The position numbers were made by a program, and so were the translations under genes. Below, piece after piece: positions 24,401-37,372 of a stretch of 64,000 nucleotides of DNA (its first letter is position 1; each line of letters starts with the position of its first letter). The stretch is from Asterias rubens (Eukaryota). The notes beneath the pieces are model-generated. The model worked only from the letters and a program-made list of their open reading frames with translations. It made no database searches and was not told the DNA's origin. The stretch covers positions 14,198,001-14,262,000 of the forward strand of contig NC_047074.1 in NCBI RefSeq assembly GCF_902459465.1. Reading direction: 5' to 3'.

Positions 24401-27176
24401 TCTAATTCAATTGGGAAAAATTCAATTCTGAGCTTGGTTATTTCATTTCGATTCATTTCTGTTAAGTTAGTTTGAACTCAATTGGACTCTGCACCACACC
24501 CCCTTTAAAAAAAACCCGAAATAAACAAAAGTAGCCAACAAATCACATCCCAAGCAATCATGAATACAGTAACAAAAAAAAGTAACAAATATAAAAACCA
24601 TGGCGATAGTAGAAGTGATGCTGAGGAAATGTCTGGAACAGTCCACTAGGAATTATTAATTTGTTTGGAACAAGGGCACAAGACATGGCTGAATTTTTCA
24701 TTAATTATTTATTTATAATTTTTGATTTTTTTTCCTTCATTATTAAACAAAAAGTACAGATACATTTGGTTCACCCAACATCATAAAATCACTTCCCATC
24801 ATGCATAAAAAAAACCAGTAAAAGATATAAAACCATCATGGCGATAGTAGAAGTAATGATGAGGCAAGGTCTAGAATTTAATTTATTTGGCTGACCCCGC
24901 TTCTTGTGTTTTTGTGTGTGAATATCATACATTGCCTGCAGATATTTATTCTGCAGAGTGAGTTTGAGCGTCTGTCCATTGTGGGTCCGTTATCACTCTT
25001 CTTAATCATTAGCGAGATCGTGTCTCACTCTCTCCCCCACTCTCTCCGTCTCGCTTCGGGAATAGGCATAAATGAGACACTTAAGATCCAAATTTGATTG
25101 GTTTATAATCAACAAGGCTTTAAGAAAACAAAATTGTCTTATTAGGCACATGCTCCCTCTTTAGAGGCTGCCTGCTTTTTTTTAAACGGAAAAAAAAAAT
25201 ACATTTTTATGATCTAAGACAAAAAGCCCTCCTCTTTACTTCTTTTTTAAAAAGCAGGACGCTAAACGTGTTTGTTTGGGTTGTTGTTGTTTTTTGTTTT
25301 TTTTTGGGGGGGGGCTTGAGACACGGGGCTCTTTCATCCCTTGATGTCACACTAACAAGTTTTTGCCAGTAACATTAATTCATGTTAATTAATGGCGGTA
25401 TATGTCGCAAGAGAGGCCGTGCGGGTCTGTGTAAAAAAAGCTGACTTGAACGTTGCCCACTTCAGGAATAATTTATGCTGCTCAAGAATTTCCAGCCAGT
25501 AAATCAATTATGGTTTGACAGTTGACATGTGTCACAGTTTGCCCTTGAGGGCGCCAGACATAATGTGAATCAGCTGGTTGCACCTTCATATGGTGTTGCC
25601 GACCTCAACTGTTATTACTATAGGCAGTTTATTTAAGGCAAGATAAATTATGTGTAGTAAAAAAGAAAATACGCGAAAAATGGCCTTACGTTTTGGAACC
25701 TAGAGAATCTTTCTTGAAGGCTTAATCAAATTTGTTTATATACTGTTTATGTTGAGAAAAAGAAGGAAGAAATATCTTGAAATTCACTTATGTGCCAATT
25801 CTAAGATTTCCGTTATCACCAAATGATTCTGAATCTCTGACAACTGTAATAATAATCCAGTGATGTTTCGTGTCCATAACTTTTATGGTGTTTTTTTTGC
25901 TGTGGTCATGTTACATAATATACCAAGACTAAATTATTTTTGTATTTTTCTGTGTTATAATATTTTTCTGAGAAAATAAAAATTTGGCTTTTGCAAACTG
26001 ACCTATAGTATAAATGCAAAAAGTTAGTTATAGTGGCTTGACGTTTTGACCCTGTGGTGGCAATGCTACATACTCCGAAACTAAATATCAAGACATCATT
26101 TGGGTTTTGTTTACCTGCCAATGCTACATATTATATCAGGTCACATATTATTTCAGGTAATGAAACCAAGGATGCCTTTTATGAGAACTTAAATCACTGT
26201 AGCTCACAAGCCTGAGGAAACCTATAAACAAGGGTGCATGCCATGTGAACAAGAAACATTGGGGTTAACCCTTACTCTTCCACAATAAGTGTTTGGGGGT
26301 CGATTTCACAAAGAATTAGGACAAAGTCTTATCTCTAGTTGGGGCGAGTAACTCCTCCTATTACTCGTCCTAACTTAGGACTAGCAATACGTTTCTAATA
26401 TCTCCTAAGACTAGTCCTAACTTAGGACTAGCAATACGTTTCTAATATCTCCTAAGACTAGTCCTAACTTAGGACTAGCAATACGTTTCTAATATCTCCT
26501 ATTACTCGTCCTAACTTAGGACTAGCAATACGTTTCTAATATCTCCTAAGACTAGTCCTAACTTAGGACTAGCAATACGTTTCTAATATCTCCTATTACT
26601 CGTCCTAACTTAGGACTAGCAATACGTTTCTAATATCTCCTAAGACTAGTCCTAACTTAGGACTAGCAATACGTTTCTAATATCTCCTATTACTCGTCCT
26701 AACTTAGGACTAGCAATACGTTTCTAATATCTCCTAAGACTAGTCCTAAGTTAGGACTAGTCCTAACTCTTTGTGAAATCGACTCCTGGGTTCTTTTACA
26801 TGCACTACCAATCCTAGTACACGGGACCTCCAAAGGTCAAAGCATTTACAGTCAACTCTCGTGATAAAGGGCACTGTTATTTAGAGGTTCTGCTTATAAA
26901 GAGTACATTCTGAAATCCGGAATCTCATTTCTTTAATTTGCTGTCCTTAGTCACAGCTATCTTGTTATAACAAATCTCGAGTTGACTGTACAGTAAAGTA
27001 TACCAAGTGTCATATAGTAATTTGTTGTTTTTTTATTTTGTCTTTCTTGTTCAGGTCTTAATGAGGAACTTGTACAGTTATTAATAAGGAGAGATGAGTT
27101 ACAGATGGAGCAGGACTCAAAACTCATCGACATCGAGGACCTGACAAGGTGGATTCGCATGAGTGAGTCACATTAA
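15475..27176 (+). CDS. SCHIP1: Schwannomin-interacting protein 1 with an N-terminal IQ-motif exon (IQCJ-SCHIP1-like); spliced, ~633-637 aa; last exon uncertain
   Basis: Exons 15475-15799, 18528-19366, 20407-20733, 21491-21649, 22555-22684, 27055-27148, all GT-AG with matching phases (1,0,0,0,1). Then either read-through to TAA 27174-27176 or a splice to 30906-30945. Motifs [90 protein letters not shown] match recalled human SCHIP1 ([50 protein letters not shown]). Confidence 0.93.
16062..16130. repeat. (AAAC)n microsatellite
   Basis: Seen directly; explains spurious ORFs at 16020-16268. Confidence 0.95.
19600..19730. mobile_element. Interspersed repeat fragment; inverted copy at 53095-53200
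   Basis: ggacagttcttttcagaactga.aagtctcccgaa...tctacctggcaagtaga is the reverse complement of 53110-53200. Confidence 0.65.
20773..21144. mobile_element. TTAA-flanked MITE (Kolobok/T2-like)
   Basis: TTAA-AGGCACTGGACAC ... GTGTCCAGTGTCT-TTAA, in a SCHIP1 intron. Confidence 0.85.
23748..24016. repeat. ~130-bp tandem duplication in a SCHIP1 intron
   Basis: ttttgagatggttccaatcccctccctcatcacctccccc occurs at ~23748 and ~23877. Confidence 0.9.
26296..26786. mobile_element. MITE with an internal 47-bp minisatellite (8 copies)
   Basis: TIRs ggggtcgatttcacaaagaattaggac / gtcctaactctttgtgaaatcgactcc; unit ctaacttaggactagcaatacgtttctaatatctcc.. starts at 26370 and 26417 and recurs every 47 bp to about 26699. 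Confidence 0.85.
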
Positions 27177-27202
27177 TGAGATTACATCATCTGATGACAA
27201 CA

Positions 27203-27216
27203 GTTACCATGGTAAC
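27203..27216. promoter_or_regulatory. Perfect palindromic X-box GTTACCATGGTAAC
   Basis: 14-bp perfect palindrome 55 nt after SCHIP1 exon 27055-27148. Confidence 0.4.
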
Positions 27217-30200
27217 CTACTCACACCACCTCCATGTTGGATTGTTGGTTTGCATGGTGGGTGTTAGTACTCACAGCAGAAGATAAAAAATTATTCAAAA
27301 GTTTGTTTTAAAATTTCTCCAATAGTTCATTTGGCTGGTATTTTGAATTTGAAACGGACCATTTGAAAATATTCACAGACTTTCTTTCAGAAACCTATGA
27401 CTTCCTTTTGATTGATAAAATTACAAGCATGTGTAATGACATTTTCAACTGCTAAAGAGCATACCAAAAAAACACAGTTTATTTAGACCCCCTCTCTTCT
27501 TAGGACTTGTTGGTGGTGTGAGTAGGGTCACAAGTGCCCTTGATTATGTTGGTGTTCGTTATAAATAAATGATGAAATATAACTTTATTTTTTTGTTATT
27601 CAAGAAGTGTGAATAATATGTAAAAAGTTTGTGTACTTTAGTGAAAATCCTGCCAAATAAAAAAACAATGCCAACCCGTCCGTGTTTGTGTTTGCAGAAA
27701 TTGTGTGGATTATTTTTTTACTGGTAGTATTTGCCGTGTTTGTGAGCTAAAAAACAAACTGTTCTAATTTATTTCTATGTCACTGTGATGAATCATGTTT
27801 CCTAGAAAGAAAGAAAAAGTTTTATATAAAAAGCTAAAAAATAAAAATAAACAAAGTTATCACAAGTTGTACAGTCTGGTTTGACATCAAGTTGTCACTT
27901 GGATGCCTATCCAAGTTTTTTAACAAGAAGATTGTTCAGTTTTGGTTTTTATCTTTTATTTTAACGGTTATTTTTCAAACAAGTATATTTGTTTACTGGA
28001 AAGTCAGTCAAATTCTCAACTGAAGGCTTTGAAGAGATCTCTACCCCAAAAATACATACAAATTATTTGTCAGACTGAAGATTTTAATCAAAGTAATGGC
28101 CTGATCTGAAACCCGTTTCTATTTTTATATCATGTCCACCTATACCCTGATACTTCTGCTAACTCTGTCTACATTGTTGTTGTTGTTATTGTTGTTGTTG
28201 GTGTTGTCATAAGCAACCTTACTTCACCGTGGCACTATAACTGTTGTAATTCAGTTGATGCAATGTCATGGAATTTGATGTATGCTAACAAACCATCTTT
28301 TACTTTTAATCCGGTCAAAATTGTGGATTTATTTTATCTTTCAAAAAATAAGTTGATGTTTTTTGTTTTTGTAATTTCTGTCTTTAAAATTTATCAAGAT
28401 ATATTTTTGCTAAAGTGCCTTAAAACATTAATGCGCTTTGACACAGATGTTACCAAAGAAATAACAAATAAAACAAATTGAAAACATAATTTTCTTTTAA
28501 AGAGATCAATTTGTAACATATTTTTGCAAATGGTGAACATGCATACATCTTTTCCTTTTGTTAAAAGTGACAATGTGCTTTTAAGCCAAAGAATCTTTAT
28601 TTTAAACTCCTTATTTGCATTGTTTGCTTAACTGTTTTCATTATTTATTGTTCATTTTTGTTTACCTTTGCATGGATTTTGTTTTGTTGTAAAAGCCATT
28701 TTGAATTCATATTTTCTCCATGTGTACGTCGTTTAATTTGAAAGTAAAATTCTAGCAAGATTGTTTTCATTGTTCAAGGAACTGCTTAATCTAAGATGAT
28801 GGGACAAATATTTACACCACAGTTTTATTCCTCCGAATTGTCTACAAGCAATATAAATCAACATTTGCTATATTTATGTTTTTCCACTTTGTCCTATTCT
28901 CAACAAATCATCAAAAGTCAAATATTTTTATAAATGCAAGAGACCACGAAAGACTTGAAAAATTACTTCAATGTAGCTGTGATTAAGATGTTCACAGATC
29001 GTCAATTAGGGATGTCTCTTGGTCTGTTCTGTTTATTTTCAGAAAATTCTAAAACAAATTGTTTGAAAAACAGACGAAGGCATAGCGAGTTAAAGATATG
29101 GTCAGAGATTGGGGGTTTTTTTCATCAGAATATTGCCTCACTCTGTCAATCAAATAATATGGTTTTCTCTGCTGTATCAGGTACGACCATTTAACGCAAC
29201 CTGTCTAAGATTTCTAACTTGTCAAAACAGATTCAATTTCATTAGTTTGATTTTGGGCCACAGATTCAAATTGAAATATCCACTCGCGTTTTCCAGTCTT
29301 GTAATTTTATCTAGCTTCTCAAAACTGTATTTTTATTTCCTTTCAGATCTACATTTATTTGTTAGGTTTGGATATTATTTCTCGAGGCATGGATCATGCA
29401 TCACATTTGAACAAAAAAAATGAATAAAAAGTTATGATTGTCAGTTTGCATTTATCCGTTAAATTAACATTGTTTTATAGATGACACAGTTGTGTTAGCT
29501 TACTTGATTATGTACACATTGATCGCAGCTAAAAAATGTAACCCGGAAAAAGGGTACACTAGCTAAAAGTTGTTTCAAATGAATAAAGCTTCAAAATTAT
29601 ACTCAAACTACTAGTCGTGTTAATTGTGTAAGCACCCCGACTCTATCACCATTGTATAAGGAACCTGACTCTATCATAAGGGACCAGACTATCCATTCTT
29701 GTCTCAGTTTGGTTGAACTCGAGTGGGATTTGAACCAACTACCTCAGGATTAACAGGCCAGTGCACCAACTGAGCTATATTCCGGCCCTCGCTGGCAGTC
29801 TCCCTATTTTGACAATCTTTTAAATTTTTAGTACCAACCAACTATTTGAGGTTGAAAATGATGCTATGTTCTTTTTTTTTAGTTGCAAGTTGCATGTGCA
29901 TCTTTATGGAATTATTATTTATCTAAGGCATTGCCTGAATCAAGCAACTTTCGGCTCTGGCTATGAAGAATGGACCTATGCAGCTTTCTAGCTATAGCCA
30001 TTGCTGCTAACCCTTTCAGTCCCATTGGTGACTTCAGTTGACGAGGACAACGCCAAACAAAAAACACTAAAGTCTGAGCCGAAAAGGCCAACAGTTGCAA
30101 CAGAATTTGGTTCAGAGAGGATTAATTCAGGCACTGCCTAACAATGGATGTTTCTAACAATGGATGTTACTAACATAGCTTTACTAATCTGCATGATTAT

Positions 30201-30419
30201 CACCATGGTTATTAATCATTGTTTATATCCTATTTCACATGGTAGCCATTTTGAGTCAGATGCCCTGCGTTGGATTAATGTTATGACATGGACAGATAAA
30301 AAGCAACCAGACTATTTTTGTTTTAAGCATTGGTTTTATACCATGCCCTAAAATCGTATAAAGAAATCCTGAGATTCCAATCACACACTGAAGACACAAT
30401 AGGGGAGGGGTTACACAAG

Positions 30420-30651
30420 GGCCCAATTTCATAGAGCTGCTAAGCACAAAAATTTGCTTAGCATGAAATTTCTGCTGCGATCAAAAACAGGATTACCAGC
30501 CACATGATTTTCAGAATGAGCAAACAACAGCTGCATACCAGTAACAAGCAACATGCAACAAATGGAAATTTGGTTGGAAATACTGTTTTAATCAAGGCAG
30601 AAATTTCATGCTAAGCAAGTTTGTGTTCTAAGCAGCTCTATGAAATTGGGC
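30420..30651. mobile_element. MITE, same GGCCCAATTTCA family
   Basis: TIRs ggcccaatttcatagagctgct / agcagctctatgaaattgggcc; right flank CAG. Confidence 0.8.
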
Positions 30652-30905
30652 CCAGGCCCCATACTGAGTACCAGATGATTGGTTTGGTTTTGGGATTTGT
30701 AAAACAAAATGGCTGCCTTGAGATAATACGGTATTATGTAGACAGTTTCTCTGCAGCAATGGCTGTCGCACAAACTCCTCTTACATGGCTACACAAGCCA
30801 CATCCACTGGCTCTCATCTCATCATTGCATCTTGTTGTCATGGTTGCAGTTAACTATCATTTACTAACCACTAACCAGGATTTGGTTGCCTGTTACACCA
30901 CACAG

Positions 30906-30945
30906 ACATGCAACAGAACAACAACAACAACAACACCATCATTAG
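30906..30945 (+). CDS. SCHIP1: Candidate terminal coding exon of SCHIP1 (R-HATEQQQQQHHH*)
   Basis: Acceptor cacacag at 30905 is phase 2, matching donor AG|gt at 27148. Translation TR-HATEQQ resembles recalled human TR-HAESQQ. Stronger competing acceptors exist (29882, 30757). Confidence 0.45.
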
Positions 30946-31135
30946 TAAACAGCCGCTGGAAAACGGCCGCAAGCGTCAATACGAGACCCTCCTGAAGCTC
31001 CTAGGGAGCACACTACCCGTCAGTAGGAAATGCTTCTGTGGTATAAGTCGTAGTTCATCCGTCGTGTCCAGTCGGTCAGCATCAAGTCCTGAAATCCAAG
31101 AGATGGTGTCCAGCCCTCTCAGTTCACAGACGTCC

Positions 31136-31607
31136 ATCTGTCGGTCAGCGTCCAGTATGAGTATAAACGAGAGTAGAGCGTCCAGTCCCGAAATGACGTG
31201 GGTGCGACAAGCAATGATCAAATACTGGTATAACTGACACTGCTCTGAACTTTGACCTTATGTCACCATTTGACATCGGACAACTTCAATCTGTCGGTCA
31301 GCGTCCAGTATGAGTATAAACGAGAGTAGAGCGTCAAGTCCCGAAATGACGTGGGTGCGACAAGCAATGATCAAATACTGGTATTACTGACACTGCTCTG
31401 AACTTTGACCTTAATGTCACCATTTGACATCGGACAACTTCAATCTGTCGGTCAGCGTCCAGTATGAGTATAAACGCGAGTAGAGCGTCAAGTCCCGAAA
31501 TGACGTGGGTCCGTCAGGCAATGATCAAATACTGGTGTAACCTATGGTATAACTGACGCTGCTCTGAACTCTGGCCTTTAATGTCAACGTTTGACCTCAG
31601 ACAGCTT
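31136..31607. repeat. 153-154-bp tandem repeat, 3 copies
   Basis: atctgtcggtcagcgtccagtatgagtataaacg at 31136, 31289 and 31443. Confidence 0.9.
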
Positions 31608-33282
31608 GTTTGATAAAGGGATTGATAAAGGGACATTGTAAATGCTATAAATAATTCCACTTTCTTGTTACTTGTGTTTCACAATGGGTCTATAACACGC
31701 ATGACCTAGGTCATTTCATGTATGACCCAGGTCAATGAGTCAATTACACTACATGATTCAGATATCTGCCAGGTATAAACTGTACATACAATCTCATAAA
31801 AGCCTTTGCTTTTGTTCATAAAATGTTGGGACACAAGGTCATGTGATACCTGCTATCTGAGTTACACCCTACCCCTAACACCAACAGGGCCCAATTTCAT
31901 AAAGCCGTTAAGCAGAAGAAGATGCCTAGCAGGAAACCAGTCACATGTACATTACATTATATTTTGGTTGGTAACCTGTTTCTGCTAAGCAAGATTTTTC
32001 CACGCTAAGCATTTTGGGGGTTTTACCAGCTTTATGGATTGGTGCCTGGATTGTAAAGATGTATATGAAATAACTTAAGGTCCTATGATCAGTTGTTAAT
32101 ATTAAGTATATGTACGACTCATAATGGCTTATATTATGCAGTTTTTATATGAATTTATTTTTTTGAAAGCAGAATTCCATAGCGTTGTCCTCATCTGTCC
32201 ATATAATTGTCTTGGGTTTTAAAGAGAGTAATGATTTTTGTCTTGGGATAAGAAACCTAGCAACAACATCTTTCAACAAATTCTTTCTCTTGCCCTCTGT
32301 AAATTCTTATTTGATCCACAATTTCTCTCTATGAAACAAAACTGTCTGTCAGATTTTGACTAAATCAGTATGAGACAGGGCTCGAAGACTACAGGGCTTG
32401 TTGCTTAGAGTTTTTGCTAGACCAGAATAAGTTTGAAATACTAGAATCAAAATGAGAAAGATGTAAAAAGACTGGACTAAAACACCTAAAAGCTGTTGGG
32501 TTTACCAAAAGCACTAAAAAAGATTTGTATCTTTTGTCTAATTGGTAAGAGAACTTCCATACTCAACAAAATTGATGAATTATCAGACTCAAAATCAACA
32601 TTTGAACACAACTGTTTAAATTACAGATACCACAGTGAATTGAAAAATACTTAGGACTGCCTGAATTTTATGATTGTACTGGATAGCCTGATGCTAAAAT
32701 CACTGGCCCCTAACCTGCCGTCCGGATTAAATTTCTAGCCCTGTAACCTCCTCTGACAGTCATAAAGGCAGGGTATACTTTTGGTAATTGTAAAAGACTA
32801 GTATCCTCACAATACATACATTCACTGTACAAATCTATCTGAATGTCCAATGTCCAATATGAAACTAACTTAACTGTCATCCCGGATTAATTTTTTTGAT
32901 CTTGACTGGCTCCCTTCTTATTTTTGGGGGCTTGTCGGATAAATTTGCCAGGCAATATTATCTGAGAAGCAGTTAGATATTGGGCTTGTTTAAAGAAAAA
33001 ATAGAGTATAGGCGCATGTAAAAAATAAAAGAAGAAATTATTCTTGAAATGTAGAATTAAGTATAATGAATGTAAGACATCCATGCATAAGAAACAATAA
33101 ATGGCCCTAAACCAGCCCCTACTTTAATTTTATTTTATCTTAAAGTTATATATTTCTTGATAAGTTCCATTTCGTCTTCCATCATGAATTTAAATTGTAG
33201 TTATTTTATGTAAATATCATCATGTTTTTGATAATCTTCCCTGTCTGCTTTACATATTTCAATTTTCTGACAAATAGTGTGA

Positions 33283-33690
33283 CCTGAGTTTGATGGATTC
33301 AGTTCTGCCACAGCCAAACCAACCATGCTAAGCATGGAGACAGGCATACCAATCTTATCGAGAATCCAAAGATTTGCCTGAGTTTGATGGATTCAGTTCT
33401 GCCACAGCCAACCAACCATGCTAAGCATGGAGACAGGCATACCAATCTTATCGAGAATCCAAAGATTTGCCCGAGTTTGATGGATTCAGTGCTACCGCAG
33501 CCAAACCAACCATGCTTAGCATGGAGACAGGCAGACCAATCTTATCAGAGTCTACAGATTTTGTCTGATTTTGATCGATTCAGTAGTGCAGTCAAACCAA
33601 CCATGCTTAGCTATACAGCATCGAGCCATGCATTCCAATCTTATCAGAGTCTAAAAGGTTTTGCCGAGTTTGATGGATTCATGGACCAGG
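33283..33690. repeat. ~94-bp tandem repeat, ~4.3 copies decaying rightwards
   Basis: c(t/c)gagtttgatggattcag at 33283, 33377 and 33470; degenerate at 33564 and 33663. Confidence 0.85.
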
Positions 33691-33807
33691 TTTGCCAACT
33701 GTATTGCAGTCACAGGTTTTTACGAGGGATTCTGAAGAATTCAGAAAGGCTCTGTGTATGATAATGGTGTTTCAGGGTCAAGTAAATGTACGACTTGTCA
33801 AATTATA

Positions 33808-34025
33808 AAGTTTCTGAGAAGACAAACTCTCCCATTCGGAATGAAAGGATTCTAATCTGGGTAAAAAAAATCCCATTTGGGCGAGTTTAGGTCGCAATGA
33901 CTTTGAGCTATACCTCTCAGCCAATGAAGTTTCTGATAAGATGAACTCTACCATTTGGAATAAAATTATTCCAATCTTGGTAAAGCATTCCAGTTGGGGG
34001 GTTTAGGTTGTAATGACTCCAAGCT
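33808..34025. repeat. ~118-bp degenerate tandem duplication
   Basis: aagtttctga.aaga..aactct.ccatt.ggaat at 33808 and 33926. Confidence 0.7.
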
Positions 34026-35984
34026 TTATTAATACTGCATTTTAACAAGCATCCATGTTGATATAACACTCCATACTATGAAATTCAGGCTGCCACCATC
34101 TTGTCTTGTTTCCTTTGTGAATGAAGGATAAGGAGTACAGAATCTCATTCCTACAAAAAAGGCGCTGGCCTATTATCCCTACAAGCCTCGTTTTGGTTAC
34201 ACATTGGTATGCATGGGAGAAATAACAAGATGGCGGCTCTGTGATCAAGGTGTATTGTATACTAATGTATTGACTGGACACATTAACAATGTTAATCTCA
34301 TCAGCACTGTTCTACTGCAGGCTTCAGCACCACATGCCTTGTCACGCAGGGCACTATTTAAAGGCCAGTTGGGGGCAACCAACTGCACTGCATGCATAAG
34401 GACCACGTTGGACTGCTTTTTACATAAGTTCACTTCACATACTTTGTAGGGATAGATATTACAGTTTCATTCTCATCTTAAACATTGATTTCTACACTAG
34501 AATGGCAATCATTTAATGTATGACGATCTTAGGCGTACAACCCCAACCTTGTCCCCATGGTTTACTTTATTTTCAACCATGTTTACAATAGTAAACCCTG
34601 AGATGGAAACTCCTTACTTGGACACCGATTGGACAACGACTTTACAATATTAGAATAATGTTCCATATTCATAGGTACAGCCAGCCGCCGGCAACCAAAA
34701 ACGTACAAACAAGCTATTAAATCTGGTAGCGAACTATGAGATTATGACGAAGATGTGAATTTCAAAAAGTAGCCAGACTATTTGAATTTGCATGCGTATC
34801 CAAAAATTTTGGATATGCAAATGATCCAATACTTGGGCGAGAGAGCGGTCAACTTTGTAACCGCTCGACACACCCTGGGGACGAGGTTGGTACAACCCCC
34901 CTTGTTGGGTTGAAAGGGGATGGGCAACTGCAATCCAAATTGTGGGCAAAACAGTCACAAACACTAGACTGCAAGAAGAAGCAAGTTTGGACGGACAGAG
35001 CAAAACTGGAAATATCATCAAGAAGGGTTCCACCTTCTGTAAAACCTGATATCTACTTTGGACAGAGCAAAGAATATTTAGAACTTTTAAAAGAAATATG
35101 GAGGGAAACTCCATTTTTGTGCAGGTGATTTTTTGTGAAGTGAAAATTGTCCAAGGACATATCAGTGTAAATATTTGTACACATAAAGCCTGCTCGGTTT
35201 ATTTTTCTATTCTTTTTGAGATAATTATGCGCATATTTAGGGCATTTTTGTTTTTGAAAAGTTATGACAATAAGTTATTGTTATGGTTATGATTAATTTT
35301 GATATTAACTTTTGATTTTTGTATTAATAAGCATTTCATTTAAGAAACCACTCCTACACTTCAATCTTTTTGTCTTAAATTTTGGTCACCGTTTGTAAAA
35401 ACACATGAATACAATTATAAGTGTGCCAAAACTTCAGTTACTGCTTTTTTTTAATTCTCTATTCTCTAATTCACACCTGTTTTATTTATTTAAATATATA
35501 TATAATATTGTCATTGATATTTTTGTTAGAAATTCACAACACAATGATTTAAAATCATTCAATTTTTGAAATTGACCATTTTTGTATACAAAATATAATA
35601 CACTATCTAGACTTGTCCCAAATTTCATATAGAGTAGTGAAGCCAAGAATTAAGCTTAAATTTATTTGCTAAGCAAAATTAAGCAGGGAACCAGTCATAG
35701 TTTATATATAAATCCATATATCACATGGCATTTTGGCTGGTAACTTGCTTAGCAGATTAGAATGTTTAGCAGCTAAATGGAATCATTTTTACTACTCATC
35801 AGCAAGAGAGTAAGGCATAAATCTGTAAATTTTAATTCTGATAATATCAGCAACTGGGCAAGGCTACTTTGTAAACCTTAATGCTGATCAGCAATTGGGT
35901 AAGTCTTGCCTGAACGATAATCAGCAAATGGGCTAGGCCTAATCTGTGAATCTCAAAAATACACGAGGCCTAATCATTAAACTT

Positions 35985-36411
35985 ACAGCTTATCAGCAAT
36001 TGGGCAAGACCTAATTCAAAACCTTACTGCTGATTAGCAATTGGGCAAGACCTAATTCAAAACCTTACAGCTTATCAGCAATTGGGCAAGACCTAATTCA
36101 AAACCTTACAGCTTATCAGCAATTGGGCAAGACCTAATTCAAAACCTTACAGCTTATCAGCAATTGGGCAAGACCTAATTCAAAACCTTACAGCTTATCA
36201 GCAATTGGGCAAGACCTAATTCAAAACCTTACTGCTGATTAGCAATTGGGCAAGACCTAATTCAAAACCTTACAGCTTATCAGCAATTGGGCAAGACCTA
36301 ATTCAAAACCTTACTGCTGATTAGCAATTGGGCAAGACCTAATTCAAAACCTTACAGCTTAGCAATTGGGCAAGACCTAATACAAAACCTTACTGCTGAT
36401 TAGCAATTGGG
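35985..36411. repeat. 41-bp minisatellite, ~10 copies, two alternating variants
   Basis: agcaattgggcaagacctaattcaaaaccttac(agcttatc/tgctgatt); degenerate flanking units at 35840-35985 and 36411-36455. Confidence 0.95.
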
Positions 36412-37372
36412 TATGTCCTGCCTTAAATGATGATCAGCAAATGGGCTAGACCTAAGTACAAATCTGTACAATTCCAATATATATATACTCTAAAAAGTTA
36501 AAAACCTCTGGACAGAGTAAAACAATATTTTTAAATGGTTATAAAAGTATAAAATAAGCTTTTCCCTTATGGTCATGGCCTTAAATCGTGTACTAAATTT
36601 CCCTTTTTCAGAAAAAATTTAACAACAATAGTACATCATGGTTGTAATTTACAATTGGGAGGTTTGAGAAAACCTTGTTTTGATTGAATAATAAAAATCC
36701 ATTGTTTTCTGCATCAATCTTTGTCCTATAACTTCATTTTATAAAAAAAAAGAAGAAAAAAAGAAAGTAAAGTCTGTCTCGACCCAATTCATAAGGATGG
36801 CATTTATAACCGGTTTCATTGCCATTAAACAACTGAGAATATTTCTATTCTCCATGGTCAGGATGCCAGTCCGTTGCAGGTTACTCTCAAGCTCCCACCT
36901 GTACCTGTTTGTACTCCTGGGTGGAGAGAAGCAATTATGATAAAGTGCCTTGCTCAAGGACACATTAGTCACGACAGCCAGGATTCGAACACACATTCTG
37001 TAAACTACAGAATTTTAGTCCATGCCCCTAGACTGCTAGGCCACAGCACCCCAATAATGGTGAATTATTTAATATGTAATCACAAGGGTTGAAAAACAAA
37101 ATCCCCACCCCCATCACCAAATTTATTAAATACGATGTTTAAAACATTGTCAAATATATATATCATCATTTGCTACAAGTCATGTTTTGTACATTAAAAA
37201 ACTTTCAAAAAATTTCAAAAATTTCAAAAGCTTATGTTACAACTTTGTTGTACTGATGCCTAGATACGTCCCCAACATTAAAGAATTTTTTTTATAACAC
37301 AACCATGGGACACATCTTTTAAAACTGCGCCCTCTATAGTCCTGTTATATGGAACATACTGTCAGACTCTAC

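Noticed and set aside
26370-26746. CRISPR-like array (also the 41-bp array at 35985-36411)
   Set aside because: Units are contiguous tandem copies without unique spacers, in a eukaryotic intron or intergenic region, and there are no cas genes.
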